Origin: an uncultured Methanosarcinaceae archaeon
Lineage (GTDB): Archaea; Halobacteriota; Methanosarcinia; Methanosarcinales; Methanosarcinaceae
NCBI GenBank assembly: GCA_963847185.1
Contig: CAWJYV010000010.1
Span: 704,001-768,000 of the forward strand
Reading direction: 5' to 3'
Length of the DNA: 64,000 nt
Shown here: positions 54,923-64,000 of the stretch, piece by piece
How positions within the stretch are numbered: position 1 is the first letter of the stretch
Layout of the letters: each line of letters opens with the position of its first letter
The notes under the pieces: model-generated
What the model saw: only the letters and a program-made list of their open reading frames with translations
The model's database searches: none
Told to the model about the DNA's origin: nothing
Program-made: the position numbers and the translations under genes

Positions 54923-56542
54923 ATGGAACGACTGACCTTCGGGTATGGCGTCCCGCGACGGCACGTGGACACTCCCGAAGTGCGCCGGCCCTACGAACCG
55001 CCGCCCGAGGATCAGATCCACGCGGTCGTCGCGGACCCGCTTCCCGGCGAGAGCAGCGACTGGGCCTACTTCGGCCTGCTCGCCTTCACCGCGGTGCTCT
55101 TCTTCCGGCCGCAGGACCAGCTTCCGTTCCTCGAGCCGCTGCACCTGGCGGAACTGTCGGCCATCGTCGGACTGACCGCCATGGCCGTGAAGCGCCTCGT
55201 GCGCCGGCTGCCGCTCGTTCACGCGACGACGGAACTGTGGGGCCTGGTGGCGTTTGGCCTCGTCCTGGTCGGCACCACCCCGTTCTCGTTCTGGCCTGGC
55301 GGGTCGGTCGAGGTGATCACCGGCATGTACCTCAAGGTGCTGCTGATCGTCGTGCTGATGATGAACTCGCTCAACACGCCCACCCGGCTCCAGCAGTTCA
55401 CGTGGCTCGTCGTGCTCGCGTCCTCGTACATCTCGACGCGCGCCGTGATCGACTACCTGCGCGGGGTCAACCTCGTCGAAGGCGGCCGCGTGGCGGGCGC
55501 GGTGCGCGGCATCTTCGGCAACCCGAACGACCTGGCGTTGAACATGGTCGTCTTCCTGCCATTCGCCGCCCTGTTCGCCCTGCTCGCCATGCGGCGCCGT
55601 CCCGCGGCGGCGCGCGTCAAGCGAACCGGGAGCGGCCGCCAGCGACCGCGGGCGGCGGCGGCCTTCGGCGTTCGCCTGCTGGGGGCAGCCGCGGTGGGCG
55701 CGATGCTCGCGGCGATCATCTTCACCAAGTCGCGCGGCGGCTTCCTCGGCCTCGCAGCAATGGTCCTCGTGCTGCTGTATTACGGCCGCCGCCTGAAGCC
55801 GGGACTCGCCACCGCGGCCGTGGTCGTGATGGTCGCGATGCTCCCGCTGCTGCCCACCTCCTTCTGGGCTCGCATGAGCAGCATCACGGATCCCAGCGAG
55901 GACGCGACGGGATCGCGCCAGGCGCGGCGGCAGGTGATGACGGAAGCGGCGCAGGTCTTCGTGGAACGCCCGCTCACCGGGATCGGCGCAGGACAATTCA
56001 AGAACTACAACCCGCCCGGGAAGATAGAGCGGTGGCGGGAGGCCCACGACGTCTGGCTGCAGGTCGCGTCGGAGACGGGGATATTTGGCGTCCTGGTGTT
56101 CGGTTACTTGGTCTTCGCGGCGTTCCGGGCCGCGCTGTGGTCGCGGCGACGCCTGTCAAACTACGCCAAGGCGACCGGCCAGAAACTGTCGCGGCTGCGG
56201 CGTTCCTCGAGGACGGACAACGCCGACAGCGCGACGCCCCGAAAGGACGGGCTGGCCGTGCCTTCGTCCGCGCCTGCTCTCGTGGAGTCCACTGATCTCG
56301 GGATCCTCCATCTTCACGCGAGTGCGCTGGTGCCGAGCCTGGTGGGCTGGTTCGTCTGCGCCATCTTCGCCTCGGTCGCCTACAACTGGACCTTCTACTA
56401 CTTGCTCGGCCTGTGTGTCGTGACGCGCGATTTGACGCGTGCCGCCCTTGCCGCCCGGTCCTTCGAGGCGCCCGCGTCGCAGCCGGCCGGTTCCGCCCGT
56501 CATCGCCGCGCCCCGTTGCCGGCCGCCGCCCCGGCCAGTTGA
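54923..56542 (+). CDS. O-antigen ligase/Wzy polymerase family protein
   Basis: FGNPNDLA, TKSRGGFLG, PLTGIGAGQF, AHDVWLQVASETGIFG. Confidence 0.88.
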   Translation: MERLTFGYGVPRRHVDTPEVRRPYEPPPEDQIHAVVADPLPGESSDWAYFGLLAFTAVLFFRPQDQLPFLEPLHLAELSAIVGLTAMAVKRLVRRLPLVHATTELWGLVAFGLVLVGTTPFSFWPGGSVEVITGMYLKVLLIVVLMMNSLNTPTRLQQFTWLVVLASSYISTRAVIDYLRGVNLVEGGRVAGAVRGIFGNPNDLALNMVVFLPFAALFALLAMRRRPAAARVKRTGSGRQRPRAAAAFGVRLLGAAAVGAMLAAIIFTKSRGGFLGLAAMVLVLLYYGRRLKPGLATAAVVVMVAMLPLLPTSFWARMSSITDPSEDATGSRQARRQVMTEAAQVFVERPLTGIGAGQFKNYNPPGKIERWREAHDVWLQVASETGIFGVLVFGYLVFAAFRAALWSRRRLSNYAKATGQKLSRLRRSSRTDNADSATPRKDGLAVPSSAPALVESTDLGILHLHASALVPSLVGWFVCAIFASVAYNWTFYYLLGLCVVTRDLTRAALAARSFEAPASQPAGSARHRRAPLPAAAPAS

Positions 56543-56556
56543 TCACGGAGCCGTCC

Positions 56557-58772
56557 ATGCCAACGCCTGCGCCGCGCCTCTCCGTCAGCGTCGTCATCCC
56601 GGCCTTCAATGCCGAGTCGTCGATCGATGCGGCCCTCGAGTCCGTCTTCGCGCAGTCGTATTCGCCTTGCGAGGTCATGGTGGTCGACGACGGCTCCGAG
56701 GACGGCACCGCCGGCCGATTGGACGCCTGGCGGGGGCGCGTGCAGGTGATTCGACAGGCCAACGGGGGACCGGGACGCGCGCGCAACGCGGGCATCCGCG
56801 CCACCAGCGGCGACCTGGTCGCGTTCCTCGACGCGGACGATACCTGGCTTCCCGGCAAGCTGGCGTTGCAGGTTTCCTATTTCGAGCGGTTTCCACAGAC
56901 CGGGTTGCTGCACACCGCCGCACTGGATGCATCGGCGCCGGCAGCAGCCGACGTCGTCTGGAACGGGCCTGACGCTGGCCCGCCCCGCGGCATGTTCTGC
57001 GAGTTGTTCCACACCGAGATCGACGTGAACACGCTGACCGTCATGGTGCCGCGCGCCGTGCTCGATGCCGTCGGGCTGTTCGACGAGCGGCGCGAGATTC
57101 ACGTCGAGGACTGGGACCTGTGGCTGAGGATTGCTGCTCGGTACCCGGTCGGCTACCTGCCCTCCGCCACCGCTGTGCGCGCCGCGGGCGGCGTGATGAG
57201 CAGCGCGCTCGAAAAGACGTTCGACGGCCAGGCAGAGGTCATCCGCAAGACAATCCCGCTCTGCGACGCCGCGTGTCCGACCCATTCGGCGCATGCGGCC
57301 TCCTGCCTGAAACGGCGCTGGCACCGCTTTGAGTGGGAGCGCGGCTACGCGCGGCTGCGGGCCGGCGACACCCGCGGGGCGCGCGCCTCGTTCGTCACGG
57401 CCTTGCGCTGGCGGCCCTTCGATGCGCCCACCTGGCTGCAGGTCGCATCCGCGCTTCTGCCCTGGAGCCTCAGGCGTGCGGCGCGCGGCCTGCGCCAAGC
57501 GGGGAGAAGTGCCGCTCCGTCCCGGGCTCCCGAGCATCAACGATCGCTCGTCCACGACACGTGGTACCGGCGCGCGCGGCACGTCGCCGCGGAACGCGCA
57601 CACGACCTGGACGATCTCCGTGTCACACGGCGGCGACCGGCGGCGAATCCTCTTCCAGGCCGCGACGCCAATGAGCTTCGTGATCTTCCGCCCCGTGTAC
57701 GAGCGCCTCCGCAGCGACAAGCGCCTCGAGTTCTGGTTTACCGCGGGCGGCAGCACCTGGTCGCCTGAGGCGCTATATGCACGCGTGGGCATACGTGATG
57801 GCGTGATCCCGGCGAAGTCCGCCGCGTGGATGAAGGTCGACGCTTGCATCAACACGGATTTCTGGGACACGACCTGGCTTCGCCGCCGTACCTCTCGGCT
57901 CCATCTCTTCCATGGTGTGGCAGGCAAGTACGGGCTCGATGCCCCGATTGAACTCGCGCCGATCGTCGCGGCATACGATCGGCTGTTCTTCCCCAACCAG
58001 GACAGGCTCGACCGGTACGCCGACGCAGGCCTCGTCTGGAGGGGCGGGCGACGAGCGGTCCTCGCCGGCTATCCGAAGGTGGACCGGCTGGTGGACGGCA
58101 CGTTGGACGTCAGTGTGATCGTGTCGAGTCTCGGTCTCGCACGCCGGCACCCGACCGTCATCTACGCGCCCACGTGGTCGCCGCACTCCTCGCTGAACCA
58201 CTGCGGCGAGGAGATTGTCGACCGGCTGGCCGCCAGCGGCTTCAATGTCATCGTCAAGCTCCACGACCGGTCCTACGACCTGACGCCGCGCGGCTCGGGC
58301 GGCATCGACTGGGCGGCGCGCTTCTCGAAGTACGCAGGGGTGCGACAACGTGAGGGTGGTCGCCGACCCCGACTCCACCCCCTACCTGGCCGCATCGGAT
58401 GCCATGGTCACCGACCACAGCTCGGTCGGCTTCGAATTCGCCCTGCTCGATCGGCCTATCGTCGTCATCGATTCACCGGAACTGATCGCCGGCGCCCGCG
58501 TCACGCGATCGAAAGTAGTCGAACTGCGGGAGGCGGCTGAAGTGGTGCCGTCGGCGCGCGAGGTGGTGGAGGCCGTCAGCCGTCAGCTGAAGGCCCCGCG
58601 CTTGCACAGCGAGGAGCGGCGCACGCTGGCCGGCCGTTACTTCTACCGGCCGGGAACCGCAACGGCACGGGTGGCAGACGTCATCTACGACGTGCTCGGT
58701 CTCGAAGCCCCCGCGCACAGCGCGGTCGAGAGACGGGAGCGGACCACGGCGCTCGCGCCGGCGGTCCGGTGA
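56557..58772 (+). CDS. GT2 plus CDP-glycerol glycerophosphotransferase (TagF/TagB-like), probably one fused gene with indels at ~57620 and ~58345
   Basis: VVIPAFN, DDGS, FLDADD, EDWDLW; then LFHG, GYPKVD, YAPTW, VKLH, VTDHSSVGFEF..LDRP. Confidence 0.75.
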
Positions 58773-58798
58773 GGAATCCAGTGGGCGAGTCTCCAAAG

Positions 58799-59758
58799 AT
58801 GAACGACTGCACGCCGACGATTAGCGTCATCGTCGCCACTCACTCGCGCCGGGCGCTCCTGGCGCGTACGCTCGATGCACTGGTGGCCCAGGAGTGGCCG
58901 AAGGACAAGCTCGAAATCGTCGTCGTCGACAACGACTCGACCGACGACACGTATGCCTTCGTCGATCAGTTGATGCGGAGCCACGCGGTCCCCTCGTTTC
59001 AACTGGTGCAGGAGAAGCGGCGTGGCAAGACCTTCGCGGTGAACACCGGTCTCCGAGCGGCGAGCGGCGATCTCCTGGCGTTCACCGACGACGACGTGGT
59101 GCCGGAACCGCAGTGGCTGCGGGCCCTGAATGGCGCGCTCCAGGAGACCGGCGCCGACTTCGCGGTGGGACGCATCCTTCCCCTTTGGGAAGCCGCGCCG
59201 CCATCGTGGGTCGGCCCCGCACTCCATGGCGTGCTTGCCATCCCGGACAACGGCGGCACGCGGCTGGAGTTGCGGTCTGGCGTGAACGAGCACGTGATGG
59301 CGCTGGCGGGCAACCTGGCCGTCCGCCCGCGAGTCTTCGCGAAAGTCGGTGCATGGCGGACGGACCTCGGGAAGGAGCTTGGATCGTTGCGCAGCGGGGA
59401 GGACCACGAGTTCTTCCTGAGGATGATCCGCGCGGGTACCGAGGCGTGTACCGAGCCGGAGGCCAGGGTCGCCCACCTGGTCCCGGCCGCGCGCCTGCGG
59501 CGCTCGTACTTCCGCCGCTGGTTGTATGAGAACGGGCGGATGGTGGCCGGACTGGAACGCGCCTTCCCGTCGACGCCGCGGTACCTGCTCGGTATCCCGC
59601 GCTACCTCTGGAGACAGGCGGCCACCGACGCGATCCGGTTCGTCGCCGCTCTCAGGCCGCGCGCGGGCCGCGCGAGGTTCGCTGCCGAAACACGAATGGT
59701 GTGGTTCGTGGGGTTCCTGCGCGGCGCGTGGTTCGAGCGCCTGCGCACGATGGGATGA
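58799..59758 (+). CDS. GT2 glycosyltransferase
   Basis: VDNDSTD, GKTFAVN, FTDDD, SGEDHEF. Confidence 0.88.
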   Translation: MNDCTPTISVIVATHSRRALLARTLDALVAQEWPKDKLEIVVVDNDSTDDTYAFVDQLMRSHAVPSFQLVQEKRRGKTFAVNTGLRAASGDLLAFTDDDVVPEPQWLRALNGALQETGADFAVGRILPLWEAAPPSWVGPALHGVLAIPDNGGTRLELRSGVNEHVMALAGNLAVRPRVFAKVGAWRTDLGKELGSLRSGEDHEFFLRMIRAGTEACTEPEARVAHLVPAARLRRSYFRRWLYENGRMVAGLERAFPSTPRYLLGIPRYLWRQAATDAIRFVAALRPRAGRARFAAETRMVWFVGFLRGAWFERLRTMG

Positions 59759-60741
59759 GGATGACGATTAGCGTGATCATCGCAACGTACAACCGGGCCG
59801 GGGTACTGGAGCCCTGCCTCCGCGCCATGGAGAGGCAGGCATTCCTGCCCGGGGACGAGATCGTGGTGGCGAACAACGGATCGACAGATGCCACCTCTCG
59901 CGTCGTCGAAGAGGCCTCGGTCCGAATGCCCGGGCGGGTCCGGCTCGTCACCGAGATGCGTCCGGGCAAATCCCACGCGGTGGCGACGGGCGTCGCCGCA
60001 TCCCGGGGCGACGTGCTCGCATTCACCGACGACGACGTGCTCGTCGCCGACGACTGGATCGCCTGCATCCGCCGCGTCATGGCGCGGGGGGACGTCGCAC
60101 TCGTCGGCGGACCGGTGCTGCCGATGTACGCCCGGCGCGTGCCGGACTGGCTGGACCTCGCGGGGACGACGGGCTTCAACCGCATGGGCGCTCCACTGGG
60201 ACTTTTGCATTACGGTCATTCCGCGGCTCCGCTCGGCCCGCGAGTGGTGCTGGGCGCGAACGTGGCGGTGCGCCGGGACGCGTTTCTGGCGGTCGGCGGA
60301 TACCCGTCGCACCTTGGGAAGCTCCGCGGCACGCTGCTGTCCGGTGAAGACCACGAGCTGTGCGAGAGGATCAGGGCGGCCGGGTTCTCCGCGGTCTACG
60401 ACCCGTCCGTCCGGGTGCGCCACCGTGTTCCGCCCGAACGGGTGACGCCCGCCTATTTCCTGCGGTGGTTCTTCTGGTCGGGAATGACGCACGCGGTCAT
60501 GGATCACGCGCACCCGGCGACACCCGCGGGTCGGCGAGTCCTCGGGGTGCCGGGGCACATCGTCCGGGAGTTCGCGGAAGCGAGCGCGCACACCGTTCTG
60601 GCGGGACTCCGCGCGTCGTGGCACACCATGGCGCAGCACGCCACTCGCGCGGCCTTCGCCGCCGGTTACGCATGGGCGATCTGGGCGGGAGGCGCGTCGA
60701 GACATCTGCCGTCCGGCCGGCAGCCGCTGGAGGCGTCATGA
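59755..60741 (+). CDS. GT2 glycosyltransferase
   Basis: IIATYNR, NNGSTD, FTDDD, SGEDHEL. Confidence 0.88.
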   Translation: MRMTISVIIATYNRAGVLEPCLRAMERQAFLPGDEIVVANNGSTDATSRVVEEASVRMPGRVRLVTEMRPGKSHAVATGVAASRGDVLAFTDDDVLVADDWIACIRRVMARGDVALVGGPVLPMYARRVPDWLDLAGTTGFNRMGAPLGLLHYGHSAAPLGPRVVLGANVAVRRDAFLAVGGYPSHLGKLRGTLLSGEDHELCERIRAAGFSAVYDPSVRVRHRVPPERVTPAYFLRWFFWSGMTHAVMDHAHPATPAGRRVLGVPGHIVREFAEASAHTVLAGLRASWHTMAQHATRAAFAAGYAWAIWAGGASRHLPSGRQPLEAS

Positions 60742-61859
60742 ACGTCTCGGCCGTTACGGTTCTTATCTGTACCTACAACCGCAGTTCGTTCCTGGACGAG
60801 ACCCTCGCCGCGCTCCTCGCCGCACCCCGGCGCCCGGATTATGACGCGGAGTTGATCGTCGTCGACAACAACTCGACGGACCAGACGCGGGCGGTGGTGG
60901 AACGGGCGGCGGCGACGGCCTCACTCCCTGTTCGCTACGCATTCGAACCGCGGCAGGGAAAGAGCTTCGCGCTGAATCGCGGCCTGCAGATGGCGCGCGG
61001 CGACGTGATTGCCCATACCGACGACGACGTCTGGCCGGAGCCTGCCTGGCTGGACCGCATCGTGGACGCCTTTCGGACGAATGAGATCACCTTCGCCTTC
61101 GGCAAGGTCCTGCCCCGTTGGAGCCAGCAGCCGCCGGCCGAACTGCTGTTGCCACGAGCGCACGAGATTTGGGGGCCGCTCGCGATCCTCGATTACGGCG
61201 ACGAGAGAGTGCCGTACCTGCCCGACGAGGAGGGCCAGCGACTCCCCGTCGGCGCGAACCTCGCCTTCCGCCGGCAGACGCTCATCGACATCGGCGGCTG
61301 GCGGACCGACCTGGGAAAGGTGAACAACACGCTGATCTCCGGGGAAGACCACGAGATCTTCCACCGGCTCAAGCGCCTGGGCGCTTACCGGGGCTTGTAC
61401 GATCCCTTGATCGCCGTGCGCCATTACGTCCCCGCGAGGCGGCTCACTCGCCGGTACTTCCGCCGCTGGTTCTACTGGCACGGCAAGACGCTTGCGCGCA
61501 TGCCGCAGGAGATCTTCTACGACCTCGACTTCGCGCGGGTCCCTCACGTGCTTGGTGTCCCACGCTTCCTCTACCGGCAGTTCCTGACCCAGCTCTGGAG
61601 TTACGCGCGCATCCTCGGCAGCCGCGACGCGCTGTCGGTCCTGATCGAGGAGCTACGCACGGTCCAGCATCTGGGCTATTTCACACAGTGCTGGGAATGG
61701 TCGGTTCGCCGCAACCGCGAGCCCTTGCCGATGCCGGAGAGCGGGACGTTTCTCGATCCGGCCGTCGGGAGCGACGGCGCTAGGGCACCGGCGGGCCCGC
61801 GACCCAAACCATTCGCCGGGACGCTTAGCGTCAACGACGGCAACCGGACGCGAGCCTGA
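60738..61859 (+). CDS. GT2 glycosyltransferase
   Basis: LICTYNR, DNNSTD, GKSFALN, HTDDD, SGEDHEI. Confidence 0.88.
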   Translation: MNVSAVTVLICTYNRSSFLDETLAALLAAPRRPDYDAELIVVDNNSTDQTRAVVERAAATASLPVRYAFEPRQGKSFALNRGLQMARGDVIAHTDDDVWPEPAWLDRIVDAFRTNEITFAFGKVLPRWSQQPPAELLLPRAHEIWGPLAILDYGDERVPYLPDEEGQRLPVGANLAFRRQTLIDIGGWRTDLGKVNNTLISGEDHEIFHRLKRLGAYRGLYDPLIAVRHYVPARRLTRRYFRRWFYWHGKTLARMPQEIFYDLDFARVPHVLGVPRFLYRQFLTQLWSYARILGSRDALSVLIEELRTVQHLGYFTQCWEWSVRRNREPLPMPESGTFLDPAVGSDGARAPAGPRPKPFAGTLSVNDGNRTRA

Positions 61860-61864
61860 GCGGC

Positions 61865-62974
61865 ATGCAGAGACCCATCAACGTCGCGATCGTGGCCCCG
61901 AGTTTGGGGATCCTCGGAGGCCAGGCAGTCCAGGCGGACCGGCTGCTGGCGGGCTGGAAGGGCGATCCTCACGTGCGCGCATGGCTGGTTCCGGTCAATC
62001 CAGCGCCGCCCGGTCCGCTGCGGCACCTGGTGCGAGTGAAGTACGCGCGGACGCTCGTAACGCAAGGCACGTACTGGCCGACGCTCGTCCGCGAACTGCG
62101 GCGCGCCGACGTCGTCCACGTCTTCTCCGCCTCGTACTTCTCGTTCCTGCTCGCGCCGCTGCCCGCCATCCTCGTGGCCCGGCTCCTCGGGCGGCCGGTC
62201 GTCCTCAACTACCGCAGCGGAGAGGCGCCGGATCACCTGCGGCGGTCGGCGATTGCGAGGGTCGCAATCCGGACGTGCGAGCGCAACGCCGTGCCCTCGT
62301 CGTTCCTGGCGGGTGTCTTCGCGGAGCACGACATCCCGTCACGCATCATTCCCAACACGATCGACGTCGATCGTTTCGCCTTCCGGGCGCGCGCCCCGCT
62401 GCGTCCCGCGCTCGTCTCCACCCGGAACTTGGAGCCGATGTACAACGTCGCGCTCACGCTCGAGGCGTTCAAGCAGGTGCAGGCGAGGTTTTCGAACGCG
62501 ACGCTGGCGCTGGTGGGCGCCGGCTCGCAGGAGGCCGCGCTGAAAGATCTCGCAGCACGCCTCGCCCTCAGAGGCGTCTCGTTTCTAGGCCGCCGGGCGC
62601 CGGAGGACATGCCCGAGGTGTACGCCTCCGCTGACGTCTACGTGCAGACGCCGGACATCGACAACATGCCGTCGTCGGTGCTGGAGGCGTTTGCGAGCGG
62701 CAACCCGGTGGTATCGACGAGCGTTGGCGGCGTCCCCGCGATCCTCGAGGACGAAGTCCAGGGGCTCCTGGCGCCCGCCGGGGACGCGGATGCCGTCGCC
62801 AGGCAAGTCCTTCGCCTGCTCGAAGAACCACCTCTTGCGGCCCGGCTGGCCCGCACCGCGCGCGAGTCGTGCGAGCGCTATCGCTGGCCCCATATCCGCG
62901 CGCAGTGGCTCGCGCTCTATCGCGAGCTCGTCGAAGTTGGCGCACCCGCCGGCGCGGAGGTCCACGGCACATGA
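61865..62974 (+). CDS. GT4 (GT-B) glycosyltransferase
   Basis: DNMPSSVLEAFASGNPVVSTSVGG motif. Confidence 0.9.
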   Translation: MQRPINVAIVAPSLGILGGQAVQADRLLAGWKGDPHVRAWLVPVNPAPPGPLRHLVRVKYARTLVTQGTYWPTLVRELRRADVVHVFSASYFSFLLAPLPAILVARLLGRPVVLNYRSGEAPDHLRRSAIARVAIRTCERNAVPSSFLAGVFAEHDIPSRIIPNTIDVDRFAFRARAPLRPALVSTRNLEPMYNVALTLEAFKQVQARFSNATLALVGAGSQEAALKDLAARLALRGVSFLGRRAPEDMPEVYASADVYVQTPDIDNMPSSVLEAFASGNPVVSTSVGGVPAILEDEVQGLLAPAGDADAVARQVLRLLEEPPLAARLARTARESCERYRWPHIRAQWLALYRELVEVGAPAGAEVHGT

Positions 62975-64000
62975 GCGCGGCGCGCTGGCTGGAACGCGTC
63001 GGCCGCATGGATCGAGCGGAGATCGTCTTCCGCGCGAAGGCCGCGGCGCGTCAGAAGACGGAGCTCATGACAACGGCGTGGCGGCCTTCGGGTTGGCGCA
63101 GAGAGTCGCTGGCCGCCCGCCTGGTGCCGTCGGCGGGGTCCATCGGGACGGCGCTCGAGCGGCTCGAGGCACGCGACTGGGGCGGCGCTCATCGTGCGCT
63201 GTCGGATCACTTCCATCGCCGCGTGTCGCGGTTCCTCATTTCTCCGCACGCGCTTCCCGACCTCGCAGACCACATCCGCCGCGGCTTTCCCCGGGCCGCC
63301 GGCGATGCCGCAGGGCGAGCGGATGGGCCGGTGGCAGGCTTCTTCGACCTGCTCGGCTACCAGGAACTCGATTTCCGCCGCCCCGATGGCGACATCCACT
63401 GGCAGCTGGACCCGGTGCACCAGCGCGCGGCCGCCGCCGGCTGGTGGTCGCGCATCGAGTATCTCGATCCTGGCAACGGCGATCACAAGATCATCTGGGA
63501 GCTGAATCGGCATCAGCACTTCCTCGCGCTGGGACGCGCGGCCTGGCTGACGGGACGAACGGAGTACCGTGACACCTTCATCCGTCACCTCGAGAGCTGG
63601 CTGCGCGCCAACCCGCCGCTCACCGGGATCAACTGGGCGAGCATGCTGGAACTGTCGTTCCGGTCTCTCTCCTGGCTGTGGGCCCTCCACCTCTTCGTCG
63701 AGGCGCCGCCCGCTCCGGGCGGGGCGAACCGCCGGCCCGGCGCCGGCGAAGCAGCCGTTCCTGATGCCTCACCCTGGCTCGTCGACCTGCTCCTCGCCCT
63801 CGACCGTCAGCTCTCGCACGTGTCCACGAACCTCTCGCGCTACTTCAGCCCGAACACACACCTCACGGGCGAAGCGCTCGGCCTGTACGTCTGCGGGAGG
63901 GCCCTGCCTGAACTCCGGTCGGCGACCGAGTGGGCCAACCTCGGTCGGGACGTGCTGCTCGATCAGGCAAGCCGGCAGGTGGCGTCCGACGGGGGGCACG
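62971..64000 (+). CDS. Heparinase II/III-family (alginate-lyase-like) protein, runs off the window
   Basis: Manual translation: GDHKIIWELNRHQH, WLRANPP..GINWAS.LE, LSRYFSPNTHLTGEALGL. Confidence 0.85.
   Translation, partial: MSAARWLERVGRMDRAEIVFRAKAAARQKTELMTTAWRPSGWRRESLAARLVPSAGSIGTALERLEARDWGGAHRALSDHFHRRVSRFLISPHALPDLADHIRRGFPRAAGDAAGRADGPVAGFFDLLGYQELDFRRPDGDIHWQLDPVHQRAAAAGWWSRIEYLDPGNGDHKIIWELNRHQHFLALGRAAWLTGRTEYRDTFIRHLESWLRANPPLTGINWASMLELSFRSLSWLWALHLFVEAPPAPGGANRRPGAGEAAVPDASPWLVDLLLALDRQLSHVSTNLSRYFSPNTHLTGEALGLYVCGRALPELRSATEWANLGRDVLLDQASRQVASDGGH

Overview
The window joins two unrelated genomes at about 32605/32606. Bases 1-32605 are AT-rich and Methanosarcina-like (inferred from DUF1608 S-layer, MEDS, Methanosarcina-type beta-propeller/PKD and PGF-CTERM proteins). 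This half holds a CheB-CheR fusion, a complete IS66 whose transposase has one in-frame amber codon, a RelE-type toxin-antitoxin pair between two ~420-bp repeats, an FAD oxidoreductase, surface proteins, a DUF1998 helicase, lemA with two DUF2207 paralogs, an acyltransferase and a MEDS-PAS histidine kinase cut off at the junction. Bases 32606-64000 are very GC-rich and bacterial (my guess is Acidobacteriota/Vicinamibacteria) with many indel errors. They carry dedA, msrPQ and a large sigma-54-controlled, PEP-CTERM-type Wzx/Wzy exopolysaccharide locus. The junction is most likely an assembly chimera. The best candidate for an undescribed system is a pair of paralogous ~158-nt non-coding RNAs (3560-3716 minus, 29159-29317 plus). 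Each has its own TATA promoter, compensatory base pairs and three hairpins showing a UGGGG(G) loop, and each lies upstream of a MEDS sensor gene, which suggests a protein-sponge RNA plus sensor module in an archaeon. Other leads are a 48-aa Trp/Arg/Gly-rich peptide, a second stem-closed sRNA candidate, a ChpT-like pseudokinase, an RxxD-only GGDEF protein and a split GT2. All calls come from reading the sequence; no searches or folding programs were run.
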